Shown: positions 20,434-30,565, counted from the stretch's first letter. The stretch is DNA of 64,000 nucleotides from an uncultured Thermoplasmata archaeon (GCA_963713145.1 CAVQKI010000002.1:119278-183277), one strand, 5' to 3'. Made by a program: numbers and translations. The notes: generated by a model from the letters alone, not told the origin.

Positions 20434-20507
20434 GTGCCGTGTCTAACGGTACTCTAGACCTTCCACCGAGAGAGGGATCTCGAACTTTCCCACTAGACGC
20501 GGCACTA
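20431..20507. mobile_element. 77-bp miniature (MITE-like) derivative of the adjacent IS630 element
   Basis: It starts with tagtgccgtgtct (left-end repeat, 1 mismatch). It ends with tctcgaactttcccactagacgcggcactag, which matches the ~31-nt right end of the full copy (cctcgaactactcaactagacgcggcactag). It shares the TAG junction with the IS. Confidence 0.7.
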
Positions 20508-20561
20508 GTCAACGCCGAACCAGATCCCCAAGGCTCGCGGGCTAGTGGGAAGGGGTGCTTT

Positions 20562-20969
20562 TCAGGAGCGCTGGCCGAACTGCCAGCTCTTCTTGTCGAT
20601 CACGTCGAAAAGATTGCCGTCGGGGTCGGCAAGAGTGACGAAGTCGTGCGACTCGTCGGCCGGTCGCATCACCCTCGCCCCGAGATGAAGGAGACGTTCG
20701 ACCTCTGTTTCGGGTTCTGAAGAATAGAGGTCCAGGTGGATTCGATAGTCGTCCAACGGGCCCTCCGAAGTCCGGGAAAGGGAGAGATTGGGACCCTGGC
20801 CCTTGGGGTCCTTCAGGACCACTCCATCCGCATCCGGTGAATCCCGGGGCACGTAGTGGAGGGCCTCCTGCCAGAAAGCAATCATTCGCGGTAGATCGCT
20901 GCAGTCCACAACGATCGACCCAAGCCAGATTTTGCCCCCTTCCTCCGCCGAGATGCGGGCGCCCGACAT
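20562..20969 (-). CDS. VOC-family (glyoxalase/bleomycin-resistance fold) protein
   Basis: 135 aa. LGSIVVDCSDLPRMIAFWQEALHY ... IHLDLY ... VTLADPDGNLFDV. Confidence 0.7.
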   Translation of the reverse strand: MSGARISAEEGGKIWLGSIVVDCSDLPRMIAFWQEALHYVPRDSPDADGVVLKDPKGQGPNLSLSRTSEGPLDDYRIHLDLYSSEPETEVERLLHLGARVMRPADESHDFVTLADPDGNLFDVIDKKSWQFGQRS

Positions 20970-21133
20970 CGCAACGTCCTCTGGAGCGGGTACGAACGCC
21001 CCCTAAATCAGTCTTGGCCGGGTTCGCGCCCTTTGCGCTTGCCCCATGCCTTGCGCGAGTTACCAACGGGTGGGTAGATTGTACCGGCAGGCTCCAGAGT
21101 TCGCCGCCGGTCCGGCCGTGTTATGCCGTGAGC

Positions 21134-21421
21134 TCAGTGGGATGCAGTCCAGGTTGCCGCACCGAGTCCGGTAGCCTCGCAGAGTCCGATCACAAAAAGA
21201 AATGGGGCAAACGAACCCGGGATGAGCGGCATCGTCGCGAGATACGAGTACACGATGAAGCCACTCTGCACCACAAACGCCCCTGCAAACACGAGTAACG
21301 CGAGCCCGAAGCCGGTGCGTGTGTTCGCATACAGGCGACGATACAGAGCAAAGAGAACTCCCGCGAGAACGATGCTGACCAGCCCAAGCAGGACGCTGGC
21401 TTCCATCAGCCAATCGCTCAT
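21134..21421 (-). CDS. Small three-helix membrane protein
   Basis: 95 aa with three hydrophobic helices. Its start overlaps the stop of the upstream wHTH gene by 4 nt. Confidence 0.6.
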   Translation of the reverse strand: MSDWLMEASVLLGLVSIVLAGVLFALYRRLYANTRTGFGLALLVFAGAFVVQSGFIVYSYLATMPLIPGSFAPFLFVIGLCEATGLGAATWTASH

Positions 21422-21774
21422 CGGAGGGCTCCGGATGACCTCGGTGTCGCTGGCCGGGGCCCGCGTCGGTCGGCTGGACGGCCGGCCTGAGTCGACCCAG
21501 ACGGAATCTCAAGGGTCTCGAGGTACGCCGATGTCGAAGCGCAGAGTTCGTACGGCGTAGCGTACGCATCGCCCACCGGCCTGGTCACTGCACCGCTCCG
21601 TTCAAGGATCTTTAGATGGTGGCGGACCGTCCGGTAATCAAGCCCGAGGGTCGCGGAGAGCTGGTGTGCATTGGCCGGGCATCGGCCGAGTTCGTCGAGG
21701 AGGCGGCGCCGGTTCGGCCCTCCACGGGTGCCGAAGAGGAGGTACCACATCAAGGAGCGGAAACCGGGGCTCAT
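21418..21774 (-). CDS. ArsR-like winged-helix transcriptional regulator (archaeal type)
   Basis: LLFGTRGGPNRRRLLDELGRCPANAHQLSATLGLDYRTVRHHLKILERSGAV. Confidence 0.7.
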   Translation of the reverse strand: MSPGFRSLMWYLLFGTRGGPNRRRLLDELGRCPANAHQLSATLGLDYRTVRHHLKILERSGAVTRPVGDAYATPYELCASTSAYLETLEIPSGSTQAGRPADRRGPRPATPRSSGALR

Positions 21775-21840
21775 GGGGCGCCCCGGTGGACTCGTCCACT
21801 CCTTATCAGCCGAACCCCCTCCTCGACTGGGCTGGGGACC

Positions 21841-22989
21841 TCAGAATGCCGCGAGCCCCTCCGCGGCCGGCGGCAACGAGGAGACGCTGTAGGTCGAAGT
21901 GAGCGTCCCGCCATGCCCGATAGTGAATTCCTGGATCTCGCCGGCGCCGGCGTCATAGATCAGGAGGTACTGCCCGTGCGGGCCCGCGACCGCCATGTCC
22001 GTGTCGGCCGCCCCAGTCGTTGCAGCGACCACGTCGACCAGCGAGACCGTTCCCCCCCATCCGATCTGATAGGTAGAGATCGTGTTCCCATGCGCGTTTG
22101 TCGTGAACGCATAGTACCCCGACACCGCGACCCAGCACGGCGCTGCCTGGCCGTCCGGGACCGAACCGCTCACGACGCTCAGCTCACCGTTCCGCGCGAC
22201 CGAGTAAGACGAGAGGGCTCCGATCGCCGCATCGCTAACGATTAGTGTACCTTGCGGGTCGAACGCGAAGCCGTACGGGGTGCTCCCGTTGGAGGGCGTG
22301 ACGATGGGTGAACCGGCGACTCCCCAGAAGCTGACCGCGTAGGTATCGATGAGGCTTGTGTCCTTTTCCGTTACCACGAGGGCGGTTCCCGAGGGGTTGA
22401 ACGAGATCTGGGCCGGGCCGGTAGGCGCTCTCGTGCTAAGCGGCCGGCTCGAGCCAGGAATCGAGAAGAGGGTCCCCCAGAAGCCCTGATAGAAGCCGGC
22501 GATGTTGCCGGCCGTCGTCGAGTTTCCGGCGTTGAGGACGTAGACGAAGGGACCGTGCACGGTAACGCTCACCGGTTCCACACCGCCCGAGCCGACCCGA
22601 TCGACGAGCATCAACGCGGGGCCCCAAGAACCCGGGCCATGGACCGCGAAGACCGAGACGGTGTTGTCGCCGGCGTTCACAACCAGCAGGTAGCGGTGGT
22701 CGGAGGTGAGCGCGAGGGCCCCGGAGTCTGCCAAGCTCGACCCGGTCCCGGTCCCGCCGGTGGAGAAGTTGCCGGCGGGTGTGAGTTCGCCGCTCGGCCC
22801 AATCGCGTAGGCAACAACAACGTTACCGGCGACCGCGTTCGACATAGTGAATGCCGCTCCTTGGTCTCCGCGGAGCCCTCTCGATTCGTAGGTGTTCGGC
22901 GACTGGGCGAAGGCGGCGGCCGGAACCAGCAGCAGGAGCACTAATGCCCCTGCCGCCGCGATGGCCCACAGGTGGCTGGGTCGCTTCAT
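21841..22989 (-). CDS. Secreted lactonase-type seven-bladed beta-propeller protein
   Basis: Internal ATG 22989 gives the signal peptide MKRPSHLWAIAAAGALVLLLLVPAAAFA. It has repeated blades (YLLVVNAGDNTVSVFAV, FVYVLNAGNST, ALVVTEKDTSLIDTYAV, GTLIVSDAAIGALSSYSV). Confidence 0.6.
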   Translation of the reverse strand: MKRPSHLWAIAAAGALVLLLLVPAAAFAQSPNTYESRGLRGDQGAAFTMSNAVAGNVVVAYAIGPSGELTPAGNFSTGGTGTGSSLADSGALALTSDHRYLLVVNAGDNTVSVFAVHGPGSWGPALMLVDRVGSGGVEPVSVTVHGPFVYVLNAGNSTTAGNIAGFYQGFWGTLFSIPGSSRPLSTRAPTGPAQISFNPSGTALVVTEKDTSLIDTYAVSFWGVAGSPIVTPSNGSTPYGFAFDPQGTLIVSDAAIGALSSYSVARNGELSVVSGSVPDGQAAPCWVAVSGYYAFTTNAHGNTISTYQIGWGGTVSLVDVVAATTGAADTDMAVAGPHGQYLLIYDAGAGEIQEFTIGHGGTLTSTYSVSSLPPAAEGLAAF

Positions 22990-23346
22990 GGCAGTCGCCC
23001 ACGGCCTGCGCGAGGTATATGGGTGGGCCGTAATTCCTACCCAATCCCACCCCAATGGAGCCCCAGTCCGGCCCGAAACGGACGGTTCTAGACCTGTCTC
23101 CCGAGAGCTTGCCACCTTCTCGTGAGTGAGGTTCGATCGTCACTCCCGGGTGGATAACGGGTGGGTTTCCGGACCATCCCGGTCATGCGCCCGGAGGCTA
23201 CTGGGCTTAGGGACATAGTGACCCCAACGACCCTACCGCCGCAGATAGACGCGGGTGGGCGCGTAGGCCACCGTCTGCTCCGACGATGGGGTGGGCCGGC
23301 GGATGTGGCGGATCAGAAGTTATGGCCAGCCCGCGGTTAGTCCGAC

Positions 23347-24413
23347 GTGGCCACTGTTCCGGCCCCTGACGTCCGGTTCGATACCGCAATCCGCCTGACC
23401 TCGGTCGTCGCGGGCACCGCATCTGTCGTGGCTTCGGTCATCGTTCTCGCGAATCCGCTCCTCTCCGTTCGAACTCTTATCCTGCTCCTGGCCTCCGCGC
23501 TCGCGTTCGACGTAGTCCGGTTGTTGATCTCGGAGGGGATGCGGTCAACGTGGTGGAGGCGAGTCCGCCTCGACCTACAGTCGACGCTACATTGGATCCG
23601 GCGATTCGGGCCTATCGGGGTGGGATTGATTGCGGTCGGGCTCGTCGTAGCCGTGATCCTGAGTCCCGAGTTCGGGCAAGCGACCCTGCTCTATCTGCTC
23701 GCGTTCGCTGTTGTCCTTCTCAGCCTCGACCGGATTCTACGCGCCGTTGGTCGGGAGGCGCCCGTTTGGCTCCGGAGCGCCTCGGCCGGCACCGGCCTGC
23801 TTGCGCTACTCTTGGTCGGGTTGGCCATCGCCGTTCCGGCCGTCGGCCTCGCAACGTTCGCAATCCTGATCGCCGTGTCCTTGCTCTTGGGCGGGATTCA
23901 GAGCGTGGTTTCGGGGTTACGACCCACAGATCCTCGGCAGATAGTTCTGTTGAAGCTCGGTACCTGTTCTCGCTCTCCTACGGTCTCGTCCTCATCAACT
24001 GGATCGACCTGTTCGGGAAGAGCGTCCCGGCGTACGGATTCTGGCTCATACTGACCTACTTCGCGCCCTTCTGGGTGCTCCTCGTCTACGAAGGGTATTC
24101 GGAGTGGCCCCTGGCCCTGAGCCTGGGACTCCTCGTCTCCCTGGCGAACGACGTGGGGTACTACTTCATCGGAAACCTGCTCTTCGGCTTTCACCAAGAC
24201 CTACTTACCTGGACCGCCGGTCAGTTAGGTTTCTATGGAAACCGGCTCGTGACAGTATTCGACGCAGGCTCGTTCTCGATTCCAGTCGATTCCTGGCAGA
24301 TGGGTCTTTCCATCTACTTGAGGGGCGTTGTCGTCACTGTTGGTCTATACTATTGGTGGAAACACCCAGCCCGAATCGTCGCACGAATCCCGGCATCGAC
24401 GCCTCCGGCGTAG
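23347..24413 (+). pseudogene. Polytopic membrane protein, apparently one gene in two frames
   Basis: ORF 23347..24054 is helical up to SVVSGLRPTD. ORF 23550..24413 becomes helical only from YLFSLSYGLVLINWIDLF onward and has no start codon near that point. The junction is at ~23940. Two separate genes cannot be excluded. Confidence 0.4.
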
Positions 24414-24455
24414 GGGCCGGATGCCCTGGAGGGCGCCGGGCGGCCGGCGCGCGGC

Positions 24456-24731
24456 CTACGGAGGGGAGCGGGGCGCCGTGGGGGTACCGTCAGCTGGAGC
24501 GCTCGATCCGACGGACGTCATGACCATTATCGCATGCGGGTGACCCGAGATGCCGGCGGCCAACCGGTCGAACCCCATGAATAGCAACGCGATCCCGAGC
24601 AATAGCACGAGGGTTAGGATCGCAACGCCCGGGAAGAGCAGGACGAAGACCGCGGCGGCGATCGAAAACACTCCGACGATGATGGCCAAGAGACGTGCCC
24701 ACATTGGTAGAGTCCCTTTCTGTTCCGTCAT
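24456..24731 (-). CDS. HdeD/DUF308-like small membrane protein
   Basis: MTEQKGTLPMWARLLAIIVGVFSIAAAVFVLLFPGVAILTLVLLLGIALLFMGFDRLAAG. Confidence 0.55.
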   Translation of the reverse strand: MTEQKGTLPMWARLLAIIVGVFSIAAAVFVLLFPGVAILTLVLLLGIALLFMGFDRLAAGISGHPHAIMVMTSVGSSAPADGTPTAPRSPP

Positions 24732-24924
24732 ATGCGCAACCCTTCGCTCGTGATGCACGCAGCCCCGATAACTGCTCCGATAGTGCGGGGTACAGCAGGC
24801 TGCTCGTCATGAATCGGGAACGGCGCATCGCCCGGCCGATTTCGAATCCGGCCGGCCGCCGAGGCTTTCCACTTTTGACCGCCGGGCAGGGTCGCCGGTC
24901 CTGCCAGTCGTTGCCGGGGTTCCA

Positions 24925-25368
24925 TTACCTTGGCGTGCAAATTTCGCGTAACCGTTTCCGGAACAGGCCCCATATCTGGAAGCCGAAGGGCGTTCGCCAC
25001 ATCGTTGTTCCCCGATTGTCGTGGTAATGAGCCCGGTGCGGTCCTAAGACCATTCGGACCAGAACCGGTGGGTTTCCTGCGCCCCGCCGCCGGCGGGCGC
25101 GAACGAAGACGCGGCCAAGTCCTCGGGAGCGAACCGGGGGAGCCACTTCGACGGGGCGGTTGTGGTCGACGAGGAGCAACCGGCAGGCACGGCACCGCCA
25201 GGCCGGACAATTCTGAGCGGTAGTGATGAAACTCCTGCCTACGGTCTCCCCGTCGAGCATCAACCGACTTGCCTTCTGCTCCCAAGCGAGCTTCCCGTTC
25301 GTTCCGATCATCCTGGATTCCATGGGCTGCGCGCAGCTCGGACAATCGGGTTCGAAGGATCGAGCCAT
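24925..25368 (-). CDS. Possible small zinc-ribbon protein
   Basis: From internal ATG 25368: MARSFEPDCPSCAQPMESRM...CPAWRCRACRLLLVD (CxxC ... CxxC). The long basic tail is not convincing. Confidence 0.3.
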   Translation of the reverse strand: MARSFEPDCPSCAQPMESRMIGTNGKLAWEQKASRLMLDGETVGRSFITTAQNCPAWRCRACRLLLVDHNRPVEVAPPVRSRGLGRVFVRARRRRGAGNPPVLVRMVLGPHRAHYHDNRGTTMWRTPFGFQIWGLFRKRLREICTPR

Positions 25369-25628
25369 CGCTCCGGATAGGCGGTGCCCCTCGGGAAAGG
25401 TTCTGAGTTCCTTCCAGATCGACCGCTGCGGAGACGGCTGCCAATCTGGGCGGAATGGGACGCGTTGCCGAACGGGGCCGGGCCATCCTCGCGACCGGGT
25501 CATCGGCCGCGCGCGCCCCGTAACTTGGGATTGCTCTCCGGAGACTGGTCCATGTTTCCTGGTAGGCGGAGACGGCCGAAGGTCTCGCAACGCTAGGGTC
25601 ATGTACGTTCAGCCTCGTCCTCGCGCCT

Positions 25629-26600
25629 ATGTCCGGCGATACGGTCTTGGATTGGTTGCTCGAACCCGAGCAGCCGTCTATCCGCTACCTCACGTTGACC
25701 CAACTCCTAGGAAAGAAGGAGAACGAGGCGGAGGTTCGCAAGGTCAAGTCGCGCATTCCGACCATCGGGTGGGTGGCCGATACGCTCGCGCGCCGAAACG
25801 CCGCCGGATGGTGGGAGCGGGACAGAGGTTGGATGGAACCCCGGTTCACCGCGACCCACTGGACCATGCTCGCATTGGCCGATCTGGGGGCGACGCGCGC
25901 CATCCCGGAGGTGGCAGCGTCGGCGGAGTATTGGATGGCGAAGTCGCCGCTCGAGGGAGGGGGCGTTGGAGGGTTCGGCAAGGGGAAGGGGCACCACTGC
26001 TACACTGCCAACATGGCGCGCGGCCTCCTTCGCATGGGTTACGAGGCCGACCCTCGGGTCCGCAAGACCCTCGACTGGCTGGTCCAGACCGCCCACCCGC
26101 GGGGCGGCTGGTCCTGTCGTTACGCCAAGAACGGGCCAGCCACGAGCCGTTCGCTCGACGCGTGGGAGGGATTGGGCGCCTTCGCCGCGTACCCTCGTTC
26201 CAAGTGGACTCCGGCGATGAAGGCAGTCGTGGAGCGGACTGCCGAGTACTACCTCGAGCACGAACTGCACAGTCAGGGCGACCGGTACGAGCCATGGTAC
26301 CGCTTCCACTGGCCCGTGCACTACTACTACGACCTGTTGGTCGGACTGGATTGCCTGACCGCGCTCGGCTACGGCAAAGACCCGCGACTGAGATACGCAA
26401 TCGACCTCCTGCGCAAGAAGCGGCGGCCGGATGGAAGGTGGGATCTCGACGCCTTACAACCGGATCCCTACCAGGAGTTCGTCGACTGGTTTGCGAAGCA
26501 CCCCGGGAACTGCCCGGTGCCTCTGAAATTCGAGACGGAAGGAAACCCGAGCAAGATGATCACGCTCCGCGCGCTGACTGTGCTTTCGCGCGTGCAGTAG
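25629..26600 (+). CDS. Alpha/alpha-toroid protein (prenyltransferase/terpene-cyclase-like repeats)
   Basis: 323 aa with repeated W-rich helical hairpins (GWWERDRGW, THWTMLALADLG, HPRGGWSC, PDGRWDL). The family assignment is tentative. Confidence 0.5.
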   Translation: MSGDTVLDWLLEPEQPSIRYLTLTQLLGKKENEAEVRKVKSRIPTIGWVADTLARRNAAGWWERDRGWMEPRFTATHWTMLALADLGATRAIPEVAASAEYWMAKSPLEGGGVGGFGKGKGHHCYTANMARGLLRMGYEADPRVRKTLDWLVQTAHPRGGWSCRYAKNGPATSRSLDAWEGLGAFAAYPRSKWTPAMKAVVERTAEYYLEHELHSQGDRYEPWYRFHWPVHYYYDLLVGLDCLTALGYGKDPRLRYAIDLLRKKRRPDGRWDLDALQPDPYQEFVDWFAKHPGNCPVPLKFETEGNPSKMITLRALTVLSRVQ

Positions 26601-26753
26601 TGGCCGACCGCTCCCCCTCATCGCGATAGCGTGAGCGGCCTCGCGTCCCGCACCAAACCAGCGATCACCCGCAGCGCAACTTGCGCCTGGCTCCGGAAAG
26701 GGGTGGATTGTTCGATGTTGGGTGGTGTCCGAGGTCTTCGCCATTCCCCGGGG

Positions 26754-27197
26754 TCAGGCCTTGTAACCCCTCAGCCGAATCTCTCCGTTGGCTAAGTTCG
26801 CCATACCGGTCGCCCACACTTGAATCGAGTTCACCCAAGCATGAGCGGGCGAGTTGGACCTCAACGTCACACTTTCCCGAAGTTGGAGGATCCCGTTCGC
26901 ATCGAGAGTACCCAATCCATCGGCAAACAACGACACCTTCCCCCCGTCGTTCAGGTCGAGCCGGGCGTGGCCGTGGAGCTCGATTCGTCCGTCGGCGCGA
27001 ATGTTGAGGTAGTCCACGGAGTGGAAAGATCCCTTCAGCTGGGGGCCGTCGACCGTGCCTTCGACCCTGCCATCGAATCGGGCGCCCGCGGAGGGGGCAG
27101 CGGTCTTTCCCTCCAGGATGGCTTGGATGCTCGCCCCGTACTCATCCGTCCCCATCATGCGCCCCGTGATGTCGAAGATCAGCTCGGTCGATTGCAT
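26754..27197 (-). CDS. DUF3237-like beta-barrel protein
   Basis: 147 aa. ARFDGRVEGTVDGPQLKGSFHSVDYLNIRADGRIELHGHARLDLNDGGKVSLFADG resembles DUF3237. Confidence 0.5.
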   Translation of the reverse strand: MQSTELIFDITGRMMGTDEYGASIQAILEGKTAAPSAGARFDGRVEGTVDGPQLKGSFHSVDYLNIRADGRIELHGHARLDLNDGGKVSLFADGLGTLDANGILQLRESVTLRSNSPAHAWVNSIQVWATGMANLANGEIRLRGYKA

Positions 27198-27362
27198 GTG
27201 CGTCTCCCAACTGGTTCACGATTAAAGTCATATCGAGGCCCCCACGCCCCCTGGCCCCGTTCCCCGATGCGACGTCCGACACCCCTCCGGTTCGGCCAGG
27301 TCGCTGTTGTGGCAAGCAGGCCGTTGGTGGCTTTTAGAAGGCGTGGGATTCCGCAGCCTGGG

Positions 27363-27796
27363 TCATCGAGACGTGGCTGAGATCTCAACTCGAGTGTTGA
27401 CCTGACGCCCCAGATAGCGACCCAGGTTCCGAGGGCGATGTAGAGGGCAGAAGCCCAGGTTGGGAGACCAGCCCCGACCTCAAGGCTGGGCTGAGTGCTA
27501 ATCGCTAGCCGAAGCCCCAAGCCAACGACACCCAACACCGCGGCTCCGGCAAACCCCCAGACGTTCCGGCGCCAGCAGAAGTAGATGCAGACCGCGGTCA
27601 GAACGATGATCGGGGCGACCACGGCAGACGCGAGGAGCCTTACGACGGCCGACGTTTCGGCGATAGTTACAGCTAGGCCGCAAGGACGGACCTCAAGAAC
27701 AGACAGAGGAGCGTGACAGCAGCCCTCATTCGGGGGGATAGCGACTCAGCGGGTCGCACGAGTCCAGTCCCGCCTACCCGTCGGTACACAATAGTT
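27363..27796 (-). pseudogene. Frame-disrupted paralog of the membrane protein at 11481-11909
   Basis: The nucleotide sequence is collinear with 11477-11925 at high identity by eye. A 1-nt difference near ~27690 breaks the N-terminus. Another near ~27380 removes the homologous stop and extends ORF 27179..27622 into the neighbouring gene. Confidence 0.6.
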
Positions 27797-27943
27797 GGTA
27801 GGTTGCACATTGGTGAACGAAGGCGTGTCGGTCTCGTTGCACTGTGCGCACCGGTCGTAGTCTTCTATCGGCCGGGTGCGTCCCCGTTCTAGTCCTGAGT
27901 TTCGTCGCCGCCAGGCACTCCGAGGCCCGGTGCCGGCGAAGGG

Positions 27944-28750
27944 CTACCAGCGTGCCTCCAAGATGCGGACCGAGCCAACCGCCCGAAACCCGTGGTGCTT
28001 GAGGATGGGCCCCGAGGTGCCCACTCTCGCCGTCGTGAGCGCCAAGGTCGCGCCCCGTCGTAATGCTTCTTCGCATCGAGCGCGGACAAGGAGGCCGTAC
28101 GCCCCGCGCTTGCGGTGCTGAGGGAGCACGCCGGTTCCCCACAGCCGGGCAACCCCTCCAACGATTTCCAGACCGGCACGTCCAATGGGCGTCGCTCCTT
28201 CCCACGCGACGAACCTGTCTGAGTGGCCGGTCTCCCGGACAATTCGCTCAAACTCTCGCTTAAAGGCGATCCGAGACACAGGTGTGGGGACCGGGTCGCC
28301 GAAAATAGGGGTCGAGAGAATCAGGAATCCGTCGTAGTCGCCCTCTGTAACAGCCTCCCGAACAGTGACTCCTTCCGCTGGTCGGAAGTCCGGGAGGCGC
28401 GGCCGGCCGTTCTTGTCGAAGAGTTCCCAAACGAGTGCTTCTGCCTCCTCCGCGACCTTGTATCCCCTCTTGGTGAGCCTCTCTGCCAAGTCCTTGGGAT
28501 GCGAGTCCGGCTGAACGTGGACCCGGACCCCGGTACCTCCCAGAGCAACCACCCGTTTCTCCAACTCCGTCACGACGACTTCGGCGGAAGGGCCGTCCTT
28601 CGCGCGGAGTCCGTACGCGTACGTTAGCGCGTAGGAGCCGGGAGTAACCGCCAGCTCGAAGCTTTCGTGGACGGCTCTCTTCGAACCGGGCGGTATCCAC
28701 CTCCACGCATCGACGGCCTCCCAGATCTGATCGTCAGTCCAGTCGCGCAA
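27944..28750 (-). CDS. GNAT-family N-acetyltransferase
   Basis: 268 aa. The C-terminal half has VARLWGTGVLPQHRKRGAYGLLVRARCEEALRRGATLALTTA (acetyl-CoA-binding Q/RxxGxG/A motif region). Confidence 0.7.
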   Translation of the reverse strand: MRDWTDDQIWEAVDAWRWIPPGSKRAVHESFELAVTPGSYALTYAYGLRAKDGPSAEVVVTELEKRVVALGGTGVRVHVQPDSHPKDLAERLTKRGYKVAEEAEALVWELFDKNGRPRLPDFRPAEGVTVREAVTEGDYDGFLILSTPIFGDPVPTPVSRIAFKREFERIVRETGHSDRFVAWEGATPIGRAGLEIVGGVARLWGTGVLPQHRKRGAYGLLVRARCEEALRRGATLALTTARVGTSGPILKHHGFRAVGSVRILEARW

Positions 28751-28963
28751 CGCGATTGCATGGCCTCACAGACTGAAGAATGTGTCCTTTGGGGCGTCGA
28801 AACGAGGCTGTCCGACCAAGGTATGGGCGAGCGGTTCGGAGATACAACGCACATCCATACCCGCGGTCGACGAGAACTCCCGAACGATTGGGGATTTCGC
28901 TCGCAACGGGTAGGTTTCCCCGCCCCTGCCATGGCTTTGAGCGAGTCTCCCCGTACCCTGCCC

Positions 28964-29461
28964 ATGGCCTCTAAGACCGAAAAGGGGACCGTAGTGGTTC
29001 GGCCATCGACACCGGCCAATGCCCCGGACCTGTTCCGAGTCGAGTCGGACCCGGAGGCCCGCCATATGGCTGCGTTCGGAGGCGAGGATTCGACCTCGCA
29101 AGCCGTCTTCCAAGCTCGTTGGGAAAGGATGCTGAGCGACCAGAAGGTGTTGGCCAGGACCGTTTTGTGGAACGGGCAGATCGTTGGCTCAGTCCTTCAG
29201 TTCGAACTCTTCCAAAAGCCCTCGGTTGCATATTGGATTGATAGGGGGTTTTGGGGTAGGGGAATTGCTACCCGCGCCCTCACGGCACTCCTCCGGGAAA
29301 CTCCCGTACGGCCGATCTATGCCCGAGTCGCCAAGGATAACTTGGCGTCACGGAAGGTCCTCGAGAACTGCGGCTTCCACGTCTGTGGCGAGGAAACGGG
29401 TTTCGCGCGCTATCGCGGAGTCGAGATCGTGGAGCTGGTTTACCAGCTTGGTGGATTGTAA
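28964..29461 (+). CDS. GNAT-family N-acetyltransferase (RimJ/RimL-like)
   Basis: From internal ATG 28964: VVRPSTPANAPDLFRV ... YWIDRGFWGRGIATRALTALL ... ARVAKDNLASRKVLENCGF. Confidence 0.7.
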   Translation: MASKTEKGTVVVRPSTPANAPDLFRVESDPEARHMAAFGGEDSTSQAVFQARWERMLSDQKVLARTVLWNGQIVGSVLQFELFQKPSVAYWIDRGFWGRGIATRALTALLRETPVRPIYARVAKDNLASRKVLENCGFHVCGEETGFARYRGVEIVELVYQLGGL

Positions 29462-29595
29462 GAGTCCTTAACTGCCCAGTTGAATCGGATGGCTTGATTA
29501 TGGACCCTCGGTGAAGGAAGCCCCTCTCCAGGAACTGTGCGGGTGTTTCGCTCGAGATCAGGGGACTGGGACTCAACTGCTGATTACTCGCACGG

Positions 29596-30243
29596 CTAGA
29601 GCGTGCGGTTTCCGAGCTTAGACGCGATGCTGGCGGCAAGGTAGTCGGCGAGCTCCTGGCCCGCAGCCACCCAGTTCGTGGAGGAGCGAATCGTGATCCA
29701 GGCGGTCCAGACATAGGCGGGTGTGATGGACAGCTTGAGCCGGTTGCCCGCCCCGCGGGCGTGGACCGTCAGACTCACCGTGAGCGGAAGTCGGAGCAGG
29801 ATGAGCCCCAGGGGCCCGTCCAGATCTGCGGGCAGAAGCGCTCGCGCTCCGCTCCGAGTGGGCCGGATGAGAGTCAGGCCCAAGCGAGTATCATAGAGCG
29901 CATCGATTGCAGCCGTCACAATCTGTCCGCGGGAGATGTTGAAGTCTAGAATTCGCCGCTCTGAGCCGAGAAGGCTACGGTCCACTTGCCATGGAAGGCC
30001 GGCCTTCTTGAGCCGCCGTTCGCCCTGTCCGACCGATCGCCCGAGGAACACCGCGGCCCCGAGGAAGACCAGCCCGGGAACGAGCATGATCAGTCCGCTG
30101 AGTGGGACAGGTCCGGTTCCCGGAAAGAGCTCGAGGCCCGTTCCCAACGCAAGGAGTAGGGCAGCACCCCAAGCGAACGTCAACGCGTTGCGCCACTGCA
30201 CCTTCAGCGACGCCCGGGTGACTGGGAGCGACTGTGACCTCAT
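29596..30243 (-). CDS. Hypothetical two-helix membrane protein
   Basis: A 215-aa ORF with two N-terminal helices (LTFAWGAALLLALGTGL, LIMLVPGLVFLGAAVFL). I recognise no domain. Confidence 0.45.
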   Translation of the reverse strand: MRSQSLPVTRASLKVQWRNALTFAWGAALLLALGTGLELFPGTGPVPLSGLIMLVPGLVFLGAAVFLGRSVGQGERRLKKAGLPWQVDRSLLGSERRILDFNISRGQIVTAAIDALYDTRLGLTLIRPTRSGARALLPADLDGPLGLILLRLPLTVSLTVHARGAGNRLKLSITPAYVWTAWITIRSSTNWVAAGQELADYLAASIASKLGNRTL

Positions 30244-30565
30244 GGCGGGCTCGGTTTCCGACCCGAAGATCTGTCTTGGGGCGACGAAGCGGAGAGAAAC
30301 TCCACCGATAGATATCAGCTCTCACTTCGTGTGGCCGTTCACCAGCCGGGGACACGGGGCGGGCTGGCTCCGAGGGAACGCCCGCGCACTGTCCCCACGT
30401 ATCACATAGCCCCGTGGCACGGTCCATCAAAGAGCACTCGCTGCGTTGTCTGGTTCGACCACAGGTGGGGGCGTAGAGAACCTGTCCCTTGACAGACCCG
30501 GGGCGTTGCTTCCGGGTCGAAGTCTGGACGCAACGGATTTGACTCTCGCACCCTACGGCGGTATC

